Made by a program: the position numbers and the translations under genes
Shown: positions 27,922 to 37,073 of the stretch, piece by piece
Layout of the letters: every line of letters starts with the position of its first letter
Numbering within the stretch: the first letter of the stretch is position 1
Assembly (NCBI GenBank): GCA_035403965.1
Contig: DAONGE010000006.1
Location: 6,521 to 70,520, forward strand
DNA: 64,000 bases
Source: Candidatus Omnitrophota bacterium
Lineage (GTDB): Bacteria > Omnitrophota > Gorgyraeia > Tantalellales > Tantalellaceae
Direction of reading: 5' to 3'
Notes under the pieces: model-generated
Seen by the model: only the letters and a program-made list of their open reading frames with translations
The model's database searches: none
What the model was told of the DNA's origin: nothing

Positions 27922-28470
27922 ATGAAAGATCCGTTAAAGAAATATACCAAAGAGATAGTAAGAAAAGCCGCGGCCATTAAGCTGCTTCTCTTAGACGTGG
28001 ACGGTGTTTTGACCGACGGACGCTTGATATACGGCAATAGCGGCGAGGAAATGAAGAATTTTGACGTCAATGACGGGCTCGGGATCTTTATGCTGAAAAA
28101 GGCGGGGATAAAACGCGCGCTTCTTACGGCGAAGGCGACGAAGGCCGTGAAGATACGGGCGAAAGAGCTTCAGATAGAAAAGGTGTACGGCGGATTTCAC
28201 TATAAACTGGAAGTATTTGAAAAAGTTCAGAAGGATTTTAAAGTTAAACCTTCTGAAATATGTTTTGTCGGAGACGATCTTATCGATGTGCCGGTTCTGA
28301 AAAGATGCGGGCTCGCGGTATGCCCGCCGAACGCTGCTCGCGAAGTGAAAGAATACGCCGATCTTATCACGGATAAAAAAGGCGGGCGCGGCGCGGTGCG
28401 CGAACTGTGCGACCTGATATTGCGCGCGACCGGAAAATGGGAAGAAGCCACGGAAAGATATTTTGAGTAA
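27922..28470 (+). CDS. kdsC: Kdo-8-phosphate phosphatase (HAD family)
   Basis: HAD motif I (LLLLDVDGVLTDGRLIY) and later GDDLIDV. 182 aa. Confidence 0.8.
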   Translation: MKDPLKKYTKEIVRKAAAIKLLLLDVDGVLTDGRLIYGNSGEEMKNFDVNDGLGIFMLKKAGIKRALLTAKATKAVKIRAKELQIEKVYGGFHYKLEVFEKVQKDFKVKPSEICFVGDDLIDVPVLKRCGLAVCPPNAAREVKEYADLITDKKGGRGAVRELCDLILRATGKWEEATERYFE

Positions 28471-28478
28471 AGGAAAAC

Positions 28479-28853
28479 ATGTACAGGATAAAGATCAGAT
28501 CAGATTTCAGCGGCGCGCATAATCTCAGAGGGTACAAGGGGAAATGCGAGGCCCTGCACGGTCATAACTGGTATGTGGAGGTCGAAGCTGAATCCACGGA
28601 TCTGGACGAGATTGGCATGGTCGTGGATTTCGGGGATCTCAGGAGAATGCTTAACGATATATTGTCCGACCTGGACCATAAATACGTTAATGAACATGAA
28701 TATTTTAAAAAAGTGAACCCGACTTCGGAGAATATAGCGAGGTACCTGTTCGAGGAGATCTCACGCAGGAATCCTAAAGTACGGTTCACCGCCGTTACGG
28801 TTTGGGAGACCAATAACGCATCGGCCACATATTCACCGGATAGCGGGAGGTAG
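28479..28853 (+). CDS. queD: 6-carboxy-5,6,7,8-tetrahydropterin synthase
   Basis: CxxxHGH zinc motif (CEALHGHNW). 124 aa, PTPS fold size. Confidence 0.85.
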   Translation: MYRIKIRSDFSGAHNLRGYKGKCEALHGHNWYVEVEAESTDLDEIGMVVDFGDLRRMLNDILSDLDHKYVNEHEYFKKVNPTSENIARYLFEEISRRNPKVRFTAVTVWETNNASATYSPDSGR

Positions 28854-28856
28854 AAA

Positions 28857-29546
28857 ATGCCGAAGGCGGTTGTTCTTTTGTCCGGAGGTATGGATTCGGC
28901 GGTTACGCTTTATACGGCCGCCAGAGAGAATGAGTGTTACGCGCTGAGTTTTGATTACGGTCAGAAAGCGGAACGTGAATTGGATTTTGCCAGCCGGATC
29001 GCTAAAAGCGCCGGCGCCCGGCATATTGTGGTCAAGATCGCTATGCCGTGGAAAGGGAGCGCTCTTTTAGACAGCAAGATGAGGATACCGGAACATCGTT
29101 TGAGCAAGGGGAACAAGATCCCTTCGACATATGTTCCGGCGAGGAATATCATTTTTTTAAGTTTCGCGGTATCCTGCGCGGAGGCGGTCGGGGCTGATAA
29201 GGTTTATATCGGGGCGCATCAGCTTGATTTTTCGAATTATCCGGATTGCCGCGACACTTTTTTCAGGAGTTTTCAGGACGCTGTTAACAAAGGGACAAAG
29301 ACCGGCGCGGAAAAACACGGAGTGCGTATCGTCACGCCGATAATAAATATGACGAAACGGGAAATTATCCTCGCGGGGATCAGGCTCGGAGTGCCGTTCG
29401 AGAATACCTGGTCATGTTACGGTCAGGGGAAAACACCGTGCGGTAAATGTGAATCGTGCATGTTGAGGGCAAAAGGTTTCAGGGACGCGGGGTTAGATGA
29501 TCCCTTGATCAATAAAAAACGAGCGAAAAAACGGAGACAAGGTTAA
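28857..29546 (+). CDS. queC: 7-cyano-7-deazaguanine synthase
   Basis: PP-loop (VVLLSGGMDSAV). C-terminal zinc cysteines (CYGQGKTPCGKCESC). Confidence 0.9.
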   Translation: MPKAVVLLSGGMDSAVTLYTAARENECYALSFDYGQKAERELDFASRIAKSAGARHIVVKIAMPWKGSALLDSKMRIPEHRLSKGNKIPSTYVPARNIIFLSFAVSCAEAVGADKVYIGAHQLDFSNYPDCRDTFFRSFQDAVNKGTKTGAEKHGVRIVTPIINMTKREIILAGIRLGVPFENTWSCYGQGKTPCGKCESCMLRAKGFRDAGLDDPLINKKRAKKRRQG

Positions 29547-29548
29547 AC

Positions 29549-30268
29549 ATGAATCTTTTAAAAGGTGAAAGCGCGCTGGTCGCGGCCAAGATATCCGAGA
29601 TGTTCATGTCATTTCAGGGCGAAGGTCCGTACGCGGGGAGCCGCCAGCTTTTCATAAGATTTTACGGATGTAATAAATCGTGCGTGTATTGCGATACTCC
29701 GCAGAAAAGTTATAAGACGTTCACTAAAGACGGCCTGATGGGGAAGATCCTTGATTTTGAGGGCAATTATAATGAACTAGTCCTTACCGGCGGAGAACCG
29801 CTTTTGTACGCCGATTTTCTTTCGATGTTCCTATCTCTCTATAAAAGGCATAGAAAGAATCGTATATATCTTGAAACGAACGGCACTTTAGTGACGGGGC
29901 TTAAGAAAGTGATCGAATATGTGGATATCGTGGCAATGGATATTAAACTTCCCTCGTCCACGCAGGAGCCGGGCGATGTATGGGAGTCCCATGCGGAATT
30001 CGCGAAAATATCCTCCGGGAAAGAATTGTTCATAAAAATGGTGATAACCGGGAACACAAAAACGGACGATATCGTGAGGGCGGCTGAGGTGATCAAGGGC
30101 GTAAAATCGAAGATCTCGGTCGTGTTGCAGCCTGTTACGCCGCCGAACGATAGCATAAAAGAACCGGACAAAGAAATGCTTCTGTATTTTACCAAATACC
30201 TGGAGCAGAAGACCGGACAGGATATCATCGTTCTCGGGCAATTACACAAAAAACTTGGTATCCGATAA
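29549..30268 (+). CDS. queE: 7-carboxy-7-deazaguanine synthase (radical SAM)
   Basis: FQGEGPYAGSRQLFIRFYGCNKSCVYCDT contains the Cx3Cx2C radical-SAM cluster motif. Confidence 0.85.
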   Translation: MNLLKGESALVAAKISEMFMSFQGEGPYAGSRQLFIRFYGCNKSCVYCDTPQKSYKTFTKDGLMGKILDFEGNYNELVLTGGEPLLYADFLSMFLSLYKRHRKNRIYLETNGTLVTGLKKVIEYVDIVAMDIKLPSSTQEPGDVWESHAEFAKISSGKELFIKMVITGNTKTDDIVRAAEVIKGVKSKISVVLQPVTPPNDSIKEPDKEMLLYFTKYLEQKTGQDIIVLGQLHKKLGIR

Positions 30269-30287
30269 AGCCGGGTAGGAGATAAAA

Positions 30288-30689
30288 ATGGCGAAGAGCA
30301 AGGATTATGACGGTTTGCAGGAAAAGGTGCGGGGACTTAAACTTCCTGAGATAGAAACATGGGGAAATAAATATACCGATAAGGAATATGTTGTCAGATT
30401 CGATACTCCGGAATTCACATGCGTATGTCCGAAGACCGGATTGCCTGATTTTGCGCACATTTTCATAGAATATTCTCCGGCGCGGTCGTGTGTTGAACTT
30501 AAATCTTTCAAAGAATATCTGATGGCCTATCGTGATATCGGGATATTCCACGAACATGTGGTGAACCGCATACTTGAGGATCTTGTAAAAAGTGTTTCAC
30601 CCAGGTGGATGACGGTGAGGGGTGTTTTCAATACCCGTGGCGGGATAACCACGACAGTTGAGTCAGGTTACAAAAAGAACGGTAAATGA
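30288..30689 (+). CDS. queF: NADPH-dependent 7-cyano-7-deazaguanine reductase (unimodular type)
   Basis: Thioimide cysteine and QueF motif context (FTCVCPKTGLPDFAHIFIEY). 133 aa. Confidence 0.85.
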   Translation: MAKSKDYDGLQEKVRGLKLPEIETWGNKYTDKEYVVRFDTPEFTCVCPKTGLPDFAHIFIEYSPARSCVELKSFKEYLMAYRDIGIFHEHVVNRILEDLVKSVSPRWMTVRGVFNTRGGITTTVESGYKKNGK

Positions 30690-31582
30690 AGATAAAAACA
30701 CGGCGTTATCACATATATTATTGGTTCAGGGTATTGTTCTTTATCATGAGATTCGTGCCGCTTAAAGCGGCGTTGCGGGTGGCAGAGATTGGCGGGAAGC
30801 TGGCATTCAGGCTTCTCCCAAAATACAGAAATATAGCCGTCGGAAATTTAGACGACGTATTCGGGAAAAACGTCGCGAATGAGGAAATAACCCGGAATGT
30901 ATTCGTCAACCTGGCGAAAAACGGGGCGGAATGGATCAAACTTATGACTTCGCCGAATTCTTTGGTAAAGAGGCTCGTTACGGAGGCCGAAGGATTCGAT
31001 CGTCTTGACGCTGTACTTGCAAAAGGGAAAGGGGTTCTTGTTATTACGGGGCATTTTGGGAACTGGGAGTTGTTGACGGCATATGTTCGTTCCCGAGGAT
31101 ATAAGGGAGCCGTGATAGGGAAAAGAATATATTTCCACAAATACAACGAGTTTATAATGAAAATGCGGTACAAAACCGGCGATCGGGTTATTTATCGTGA
31201 TGAATCGCCCAAAAAAATATTAAAGGTCCTGAGGGATGGAGAGGTTATAGGCATCCTCGCGGATCAGGATATGGATTCGCTGGATGGAGTGTTTGTTGAT
31301 TTTTTTGGAAAACCGGCTTATACGGCGGTTGCGCCGGTGAAACTAAGCGCGGCCAGCGGAGCCAACTTGCTTCCGGCTTTTTTGATAAGAAAAGCGGACG
31401 GGACACATAGATTGATATTTGACGAGCCGATCGATGTGCCTTGCGGCAAAATATCGGATGACGACGTAAAAAAATATACGCAAATGTGGACAAATGCTCT
31501 TGAGAAATATGTAAGGGAATATCCTGATCACTGGACCTGGATACACAGACGGTGGAAAACAAAAGAAGGTGTGACGAAATGA
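30686..31582 (+). CDS. Lipid A biosynthesis acyltransferase, second LpxL/LpxM-family paralog
   Basis: Membrane anchor plus VITGHFGNWELL, ILADQD and WTWIHRRWK, the motifs shared with the N-terminal domain of the 14045-15979 gene. Confidence 0.75.
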   Translation: MKIKTRRYHIYYWFRVLFFIMRFVPLKAALRVAEIGGKLAFRLLPKYRNIAVGNLDDVFGKNVANEEITRNVFVNLAKNGAEWIKLMTSPNSLVKRLVTEAEGFDRLDAVLAKGKGVLVITGHFGNWELLTAYVRSRGYKGAVIGKRIYFHKYNEFIMKMRYKTGDRVIYRDESPKKILKVLRDGEVIGILADQDMDSLDGVFVDFFGKPAYTAVAPVKLSAASGANLLPAFLIRKADGTHRLIFDEPIDVPCGKISDDDVKKYTQMWTNALEKYVREYPDHWTWIHRRWKTKEGVTK

Positions 31583-32457
31583 AAAATATTTTCATGTTAA
31601 TTCTCACTATCGCGCTTGTGATAGTCGGGTATTTAGGTTATCAGCGTTTTATGAACACATCGTCGCAGGACAAAAATAAAAAATCTTCCGCGCCTCAGGT
31701 TGAACAGAAGATGTATACGTTCTCGATTGATGGTAAGACCGCTAAGGGCGTGAAACAGTGGCATCTTGAGGGGCAGGCCGCTGAGATGGTGGATGACGGG
31801 ATACATCTTGAAGACCTTAATGCCGTCGCTTTCAACGAGCAGGTCACGGTGAACCTCGAGTCCGATAAAGGGATATACAATAAAGATAAAGGCGAGGTCG
31901 AACTGATCGGAAATGTAAAAGTAACTACCGAGGACGGCGGGGTATTGACTACCGATCACGCTAAATGGTCGCAGGTCACGAAAGAAATAGAAACCGATGC
32001 TATTGTAAATATAAAACGCGAGAATATGATAGCCACGGGTAAGGGCGCAAAGGCTAACTCCGATGAAAAACGCGCTACGCTTCTTTCGGATGTGAACGTC
32101 AAACTCGAGCCGCAGACCGATATTCACTGCGATGGGGAACTTCTGATTCTTTTTGGGGAAAATAAAGCTACGTTCAATAAGAACGTGAAAGTAAAAGATA
32201 AAGACGGTGAGCTTTTCGCTGACACGCTTACGGTCTTCATAGATCCGGCATCGAAAAAAATAGCGCAGGTCGTGGCCGAAGGGAATGTGAAACTTGTAAG
32301 AGGAAAAAGCTATACGTTATGCGGTAAAGCGACGTATACCGACGGAACAAGAAGCGTACAGTTCGTGGGTAAACCCAGAATAGTGATCGCCCCGGAAGAA
32401 ATTCAGCAGGCCGGTCTTATGCCTGGCGCCGAGGCGTTAAAAGAAGGATCAAAGTAG
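31579..32457 (+). CDS. LPS transport periplasmic bridge protein, LptC/LptA-like (OstA_N fold), single gene
   Basis: ATGA overlap with the upstream stop. N-terminal TM anchor (IFMLILTIALVIVGY). Then a long beta-jellyroll-like sequence with repeated GNVK...D motifs (LIGNVKVTT; EGNVKLVRGK). Lies directly upstream of lptB. 293 aa, which is longer than LptC alone. Confidence 0.6.
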   Translation: MKNIFMLILTIALVIVGYLGYQRFMNTSSQDKNKKSSAPQVEQKMYTFSIDGKTAKGVKQWHLEGQAAEMVDDGIHLEDLNAVAFNEQVTVNLESDKGIYNKDKGEVELIGNVKVTTEDGGVLTTDHAKWSQVTKEIETDAIVNIKRENMIATGKGAKANSDEKRATLLSDVNVKLEPQTDIHCDGELLILFGENKATFNKNVKVKDKDGELFADTLTVFIDPASKKIAQVVAEGNVKLVRGKSYTLCGKATYTDGTRSVQFVGKPRIVIAPEEIQQAGLMPGAEALKEGSK

Positions 32458-32472
32458 CTTAAAAGGAGAAAC

Positions 32473-33195
32473 ATGCATTTACTGGAGACGAAGGATCTGG
32501 TAAAGACTTACGGTGGACGGACTGTGGTAAGGGGCGTAAGTATAAATGTTCATCGCGGTGAAGTGGTAGGGCTTCTTGGTCCGAACGGGGCCGGGAAAAC
32601 CACGACTTTTTATATGGTTACAGGTATAATCCGTCCTGATAGAGGGAATATAATTTTTGACCAAAAGGATATAACAAAACTTTCGATACACAAGAGGGCG
32701 CGTGCCGGTATAGGATATTTGTCGCAGGAACCTTCGATATTCCGTAAACTGACCGTAGAGGAAAATATAATGGCCGTTATGGAAACGCTTGGTTTCCCGC
32801 GTAAGGAGCGGTCACGGCAGCTGGATATACTTTTGGATCAGCTTAAGATATCACATCTGCGCCACAATAAAGCGTACACGCTTTCGGGCGGGGAGCGCAG
32901 ACGTTTGGAGATCACGCGAACGCTTGTGACTAATCCGATGTTCATTCTTCTAGATGAGCCATTCAGCGGTATCGATCCTATCGCTGTGTTCGATTGCCAG
33001 GAAGTTATAAAGGAACTCAAAGAAATGGGACTTGGAATACTTCTGACCGATCATAATGTCCGTGAAACGCTTACGATAACCGACAGGTCGTACATCATGT
33101 ACGAAGGGCAGATCCTTATTGCCGGGACAAAGGAAAAGCTGATAAACGATCCGAAGGCGAGAGAGATATATCTGGGGGAGAGATTTAGTATGTAG
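32473..33195 (+). CDS. lptB: LPS export ABC transporter ATP-binding protein
   Basis: Walker A (GPNGAGKTT), ABC signature (LSGGERRRLEI), Walker B (ILLDEP). 240 aa. Confidence 0.9.
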   Translation: MHLLETKDLVKTYGGRTVVRGVSINVHRGEVVGLLGPNGAGKTTTFYMVTGIIRPDRGNIIFDQKDITKLSIHKRARAGIGYLSQEPSIFRKLTVEENIMAVMETLGFPRKERSRQLDILLDQLKISHLRHNKAYTLSGGERRRLEITRTLVTNPMFILLDEPFSGIDPIAVFDCQEVIKELKEMGLGILLTDHNVRETLTITDRSYIMYEGQILIAGTKEKLINDPKAREIYLGERFSM

Positions 33196-33214
33196 AGTGG
33201 CATGGGGGCATGGA

Positions 33215-33249
33215 TCATGTGTCATGTATCAGGTGTCATGTGTCAGGGG
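33215..33249. repeat. Five degenerate tandem copies of the heptamer TCATGTG
   Basis: TCATGTG TCATGTA TCAGGTG TCATGTG TCAGGGG, preceded by related CATGG elements. Lies between lptB and the hpf promoter. Confidence 0.5.
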
Positions 33250-33292
33250 ATAAATAGAAGGGGATTTCGGCGAGTTTGAGCTAATTAATTTG

Positions 33293-33321
33293 TTGAAAAA
33301 GAAAACACGTAATGGTATAGT
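33293..33321 (+). promoter_or_regulatory. Sigma-70-type promoter for hpf (TTGAAA-17-TATAGT)
   Basis: -35 TTGAAA at 33293-33298, a 17-nt spacer, -10 TATAGT at 33316-33321. An A-rich leader and GGGG RBS precede the ATG at 33363. Confidence 0.55.
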
Positions 33322-33362
33322 GATACTCTTAAAAAATTGAATCAAAAAAAGGGGTAAAGAAC

Positions 33363-33911
33363 ATGGAAATCAGTATTACCGGACGTAATTGTGATCTTAA
33401 TGAATCGATACGCAGATATATACAGAAAAAGGTAGGGAAATTGGACAGATCCTTTCCTTTTGTTACCCGTGCGGACGTCGTTCTTGAAGAACGCAAAGAG
33501 GATAGGATAGTTGAGATTATCTTCCATATGAAAGGGCATAGCGTCATAGCGAAAGAAACGTCCATAGACATGTATGCGGCGGTCGATCAGGCGCATGACA
33601 GTCTCAGAAAACAGCTCAGCCGTATGACGGATAAGATCCATACTAAAAAAAGACGCAGGATGGTCCTAAAAAATTTCATAAGACCGATGTTCCGTTTTGG
33701 CAGAGGTCCGGAAGAACTCCCGGCCGGAGAAGCGATGATACTCAAATCCGAGGCTTTTTCTGAAAAGCCGATGCTTCCCGAAGAGGCTAAGATGGAGCTT
33801 GATATGAGCGAGAAGACGTTCATTGTTTTCAGGAATTCTGATACAGGGCTTGTGAACGTGCTGTACAAGAGAAACGATGGTAATTACGGTCTTATAGAAC
33901 CAAAATTTTAA
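33363..33911 (+). CDS. hpf: Ribosome hibernation promoting factor (long form)
   Basis: N-terminal domain MEISITGRNCDLNESIRRYIQKKVGKL matches the RaiA/HPF family. A C-terminal dimerisation domain brings it to 182 aa. Confidence 0.85.
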   Translation: MEISITGRNCDLNESIRRYIQKKVGKLDRSFPFVTRADVVLEERKEDRIVEIIFHMKGHSVIAKETSIDMYAAVDQAHDSLRKQLSRMTDKIHTKKRRRMVLKNFIRPMFRFGRGPEELPAGEAMILKSEAFSEKPMLPEEAKMELDMSEKTFIVFRNSDTGLVNVLYKRNDGNYGLIEPKF

Positions 33912-33951
33912 TGTCAGTCTAAAATAAACATTCGAAAGTAGGAAGAATATA

Positions 33952-35223
33952 ATGAAGAGTAAATTGAAAAAGTTGAACGGTACGTCACGGCAGTTCGATA
34001 TAACTTTATCAAAGGACCGTGTGAAAGAGGAAGCTGCAAAGGTATTGTCCGATATAGCTAAGGAAGTTACCATCCCCGGGTTCAGAAAAGGAAAAGCGCC
34101 TGAGGATCTGGTATACAAAAATTATAAAGATGACGTCTATGACGAAGTGAAGAAGCGGATTATCCCGTTGGCGTATCAGAACGCGCTTGAGGAACATAAG
34201 ATAGATCCGATAAGTTATCCTGAACTTTCCGATGTGGCTATGGATAAAGACGGAGGGATGTCTTTTGTGGCCAAAGTAGATGTCTATCCGGAATTCAAAA
34301 TTGCGAAATACGAAGGGATTAAGATAAACAGCGAAAAAACGGATGTGTCGGAAAAAGAAGTGACTGAAGCGATCGAGCGTATACAGAACGTCTATGCGGA
34401 ATTCGAGACAGTGGATCGTCCGGTAAAAAAGGGTGATTTCAGCGTTTGCAGTATTGAGGCTTTCGTCGGCGATAAAGTTATCAGCAAAAAACGTGATAAG
34501 GTCTGGATAGAGGCAAATAAGGAAAGTTCCATGCTCGGTCTCGGGGAAGAAATAGTGGGACTTAAGGTTGGTGAGGCAAAAGATATCGAAGTTGATTTGC
34601 CGGCGGATTATCCGGATAAAAATTATGCCGGGAAAAAAGCCATGTTCAAGGTAGAGGTCAAAGAGGTCCGTGAGAAGAAACTTCCGCAGGCCAATGACGA
34701 ATTGGCGCAGAAACTTAATGTGGAAAGCCTTGAGAAACTGAAAGAGCAGATGAAAAATCAGATCCTAGAGACAAAAAAGAACGGTAATCAAAATAAAATG
34801 AAAGCTCAGGTCGCGAAATATCTGATCGATAAACATTCGTTCGATCTTCCCGAAACCATGGTGCGGAGGCAGCTTGAGGTTCTTGTACGTAACGCTGAGG
34901 AAGAATTGATGCGCAAGGGTGTTGACGAAAAGACGATCATGGCCCATAAGGATAAACTGAAGGAACAGTTGCAGAAAGAAGCGGAAAACAAGGTAAAACT
35001 TTATTTTGTGCTGGAGCAGATATCAAAAGAGGAAAAAATAGAGATCTCGGACGATGACGTTGATAACTGGCTTAAGTCCGTAGCCGAGCATTATAATAAG
35101 CCGGTAGATGAAGTGAAAAAGTATTACGAAGAGAACGATCTTTTAGGCGGCGTACGCGAGCAGTTGCGCGAAGAGAAGGCTCTGGATCGTCTTATTGAAA
35201 AGGCTGCGGTTACGACTAAATAA
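33952..35223 (+). CDS. tig: Trigger factor
   Basis: N-terminal ribosome-binding domain with GFRKGKAP. 423 aa. Followed by clpP. Confidence 0.9.
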   Translation: MKSKLKKLNGTSRQFDITLSKDRVKEEAAKVLSDIAKEVTIPGFRKGKAPEDLVYKNYKDDVYDEVKKRIIPLAYQNALEEHKIDPISYPELSDVAMDKDGGMSFVAKVDVYPEFKIAKYEGIKINSEKTDVSEKEVTEAIERIQNVYAEFETVDRPVKKGDFSVCSIEAFVGDKVISKKRDKVWIEANKESSMLGLGEEIVGLKVGEAKDIEVDLPADYPDKNYAGKKAMFKVEVKEVREKKLPQANDELAQKLNVESLEKLKEQMKNQILETKKNGNQNKMKAQVAKYLIDKHSFDLPETMVRRQLEVLVRNAEEELMRKGVDEKTIMAHKDKLKEQLQKEAENKVKLYFVLEQISKEEKIEISDDDVDNWLKSVAEHYNKPVDEVKKYYEENDLLGGVREQLREEKALDRLIEKAAVTTK

Positions 35224-35243
35224 AAGCAAAGAACGGAGGGGTT

Positions 35244-35846
35244 ATGAGCGGTGTTATCCCGATGGTGATTGAAAAAGACGGGCGTTCGGAACGGGCGTAT
35301 GATATATACTCGCGGCTTCTTAAAGATCGCGTTATTTTTATCGGTTCGCCGATAGATGACAACGTGGCTAACATAATCATAGCGGAGCTTTTGTTTCTTC
35401 AGAACGAAGATGCTGAAAAAGATATACATGTTTATGTGAACACTCCGGGTGGAAGCGTGACAAGCGGGTTGGCGATATATGACACGATGCAGTTCGTTAA
35501 GCCGGATGTAAATACCTACTGTGTTGGGCAGGCTGCAAGTATGGGCGCGGTTTTATTGGCGGCTGGTACGGCAGGGAAACGTTATGCGTTGCCGCATGCG
35601 AGGATAATGCTTCATCAGCCATGGGGAGGTATGGAGGGGACGGCTACCGATATTCACATCCATGCTAAAGAAATACTCAGGATGAAGGACGAACTGGAGC
35701 ATATACTAGTTCATCATACGGGACGTACTGCGGAGCAGATAACAAAAGATACTGACAGAGATTTCTTTATGTCGGCAGCCGAGGCGAAAGCGTACGGTGT
35801 GGTCGATCATGTTATAACGAATATCAAAGAGGCAAAAGCGGAATGA
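35244..35846 (+). CDS. clpP: ATP-dependent Clp protease proteolytic subunit
   Basis: Catalytic Ser (GQAASMGA), His (MLHQP) and Asp. 200 aa. No clpX follows in this window. Confidence 0.95.
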   Translation: MSGVIPMVIEKDGRSERAYDIYSRLLKDRVIFIGSPIDDNVANIIIAELLFLQNEDAEKDIHVYVNTPGGSVTSGLAIYDTMQFVKPDVNTYCVGQAASMGAVLLAAGTAGKRYALPHARIMLHQPWGGMEGTATDIHIHAKEILRMKDELEHILVHHTGRTAEQITKDTDRDFFMSAAEAKAYGVVDHVITNIKEAKAE

Positions 35847-35890
35847 TGTCGGTTCCGGATAAAAATATTTAAACACGGGAGGCAGTAGAA

Positions 35891-37021
35891 ATGAGAAAGT
35901 ACAGATTGATGTCGCCGGGGCCAACACCGGTACCGGAAAAAGTTCTTTTAAAGATGGCCGATACGATCATTCATCACAGGACGCCGCAGTTCCAGGCCGT
36001 GCTTAAATCGGTCAACGTGAAATTGAAACAAGCTTTTCTTACAAATAATCCAGTCCTTATGCTTTCGTCAAGTGGTACGGGGGCAATGGAAACGTCGGTT
36101 GTAAATCTCCTTTCGAAAGGCGACAAAGCGCTGATCATCCGCGGTGGAAAATTTGGAGAACGGTTCGGAGAGATATGCAAGGCATACGGGGTTGAGACCG
36201 TGGATTATAACGTCACGTACGGTGACGCTCCGGACGCTAACGTTGTCGCTGATCTTTTGAATAAAAATCCTGAGATAAAGGTTGTTTTTTCGACGCTGTG
36301 TGAGACTTCCACTGGTGTTGTGGCGGACATCAAAGCGATCGGGCAGGTGGTTTCGGCCACTAAAGCCGTGCTGGTAGTTGACGCGATCAGCGGTATTCTT
36401 GCGGATGAATTCAGACCGGACGATTGGGGTGTAGATGTTGTGGTAAGCGGTTCTCAGAAGGGGATAATGCTTCCACCGGGGCTGGCTTTTCTGAGCGTAA
36501 GCGCGAAGGCTAAAGAACTTGCGTCCAAGTCGACGCTTCCTAAATTTTATTTTGATCTTAAACCGGCGCTTAAGTCATATGAGAAGGATGATACGCCATG
36601 GACACCTCCGGTATCGCTTATAAACGGTCTGGACAGTGTGCTTGATATGATCTTGAAAGAAGGTTTGGATAATATACTGAAAAGACACGCGCGTTTGGCT
36701 CATGCCACCAGAGAATCAATGAAAGCCATTGGCCTAGAGCTTTTCTCCAAACGGCCGTCTAACGCCGTCACTGCGGTAAAAGTTCCGCAGGGTGTTGATG
36801 GGAGCGGTATCGTAAAAAAGATGAGAGACGAACAGGGAATAACTATAGCCGGCGGACAGTCAGAGATGAAGGGTAAAATATTCCGCGTTGCGCATCTCGG
36901 ATACATGGATGAGTATGATACTATCACGGCGATAGCGGGTCTTGAGGTTGTTCTTAAACAGCTTGGATATAATGTGAAACTTGGAGCGGCTGTGGCAAAA
37001 GCTGAGGAGCTTTTGTTCTAA
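35891..37021 (+). CDS. Class V aminotransferase (AGXT/phosphoserine aminotransferase-like); likely phosphoserine aminotransferase given the serA neighbour
   Basis: PLP class V fold. Lys in SGSQKGIMLPPG. Directly upstream of serA. Confidence 0.7.
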   Translation: MRKYRLMSPGPTPVPEKVLLKMADTIIHHRTPQFQAVLKSVNVKLKQAFLTNNPVLMLSSSGTGAMETSVVNLLSKGDKALIIRGGKFGERFGEICKAYGVETVDYNVTYGDAPDANVVADLLNKNPEIKVVFSTLCETSTGVVADIKAIGQVVSATKAVLVVDAISGILADEFRPDDWGVDVVVSGSQKGIMLPPGLAFLSVSAKAKELASKSTLPKFYFDLKPALKSYEKDDTPWTPPVSLINGLDSVLDMILKEGLDNILKRHARLAHATRESMKAIGLELFSKRPSNAVTAVKVPQGVDGSGIVKKMRDEQGITIAGGQSEMKGKIFRVAHLGYMDEYDTITAIAGLEVVLKQLGYNVKLGAAVAKAEELLF

Positions 37022-37073
37022 ATCGCTTGTTCCGGTTTCGTTAATTTGACATTGAAATAAAAGGAAGGGCATT

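Noticed and set aside
33199-33216. TGGCAT-GGGGG-CATGG looked like a sigma-54 -24/-12 promoter
   Set aside because: The spacing between the GG and GC dinucleotides is off by 3 nt relative to the TGGCAC-N5-TTGC consensus, and no rpoN is present. A good sigma-70 promoter lies 80 nt downstream.
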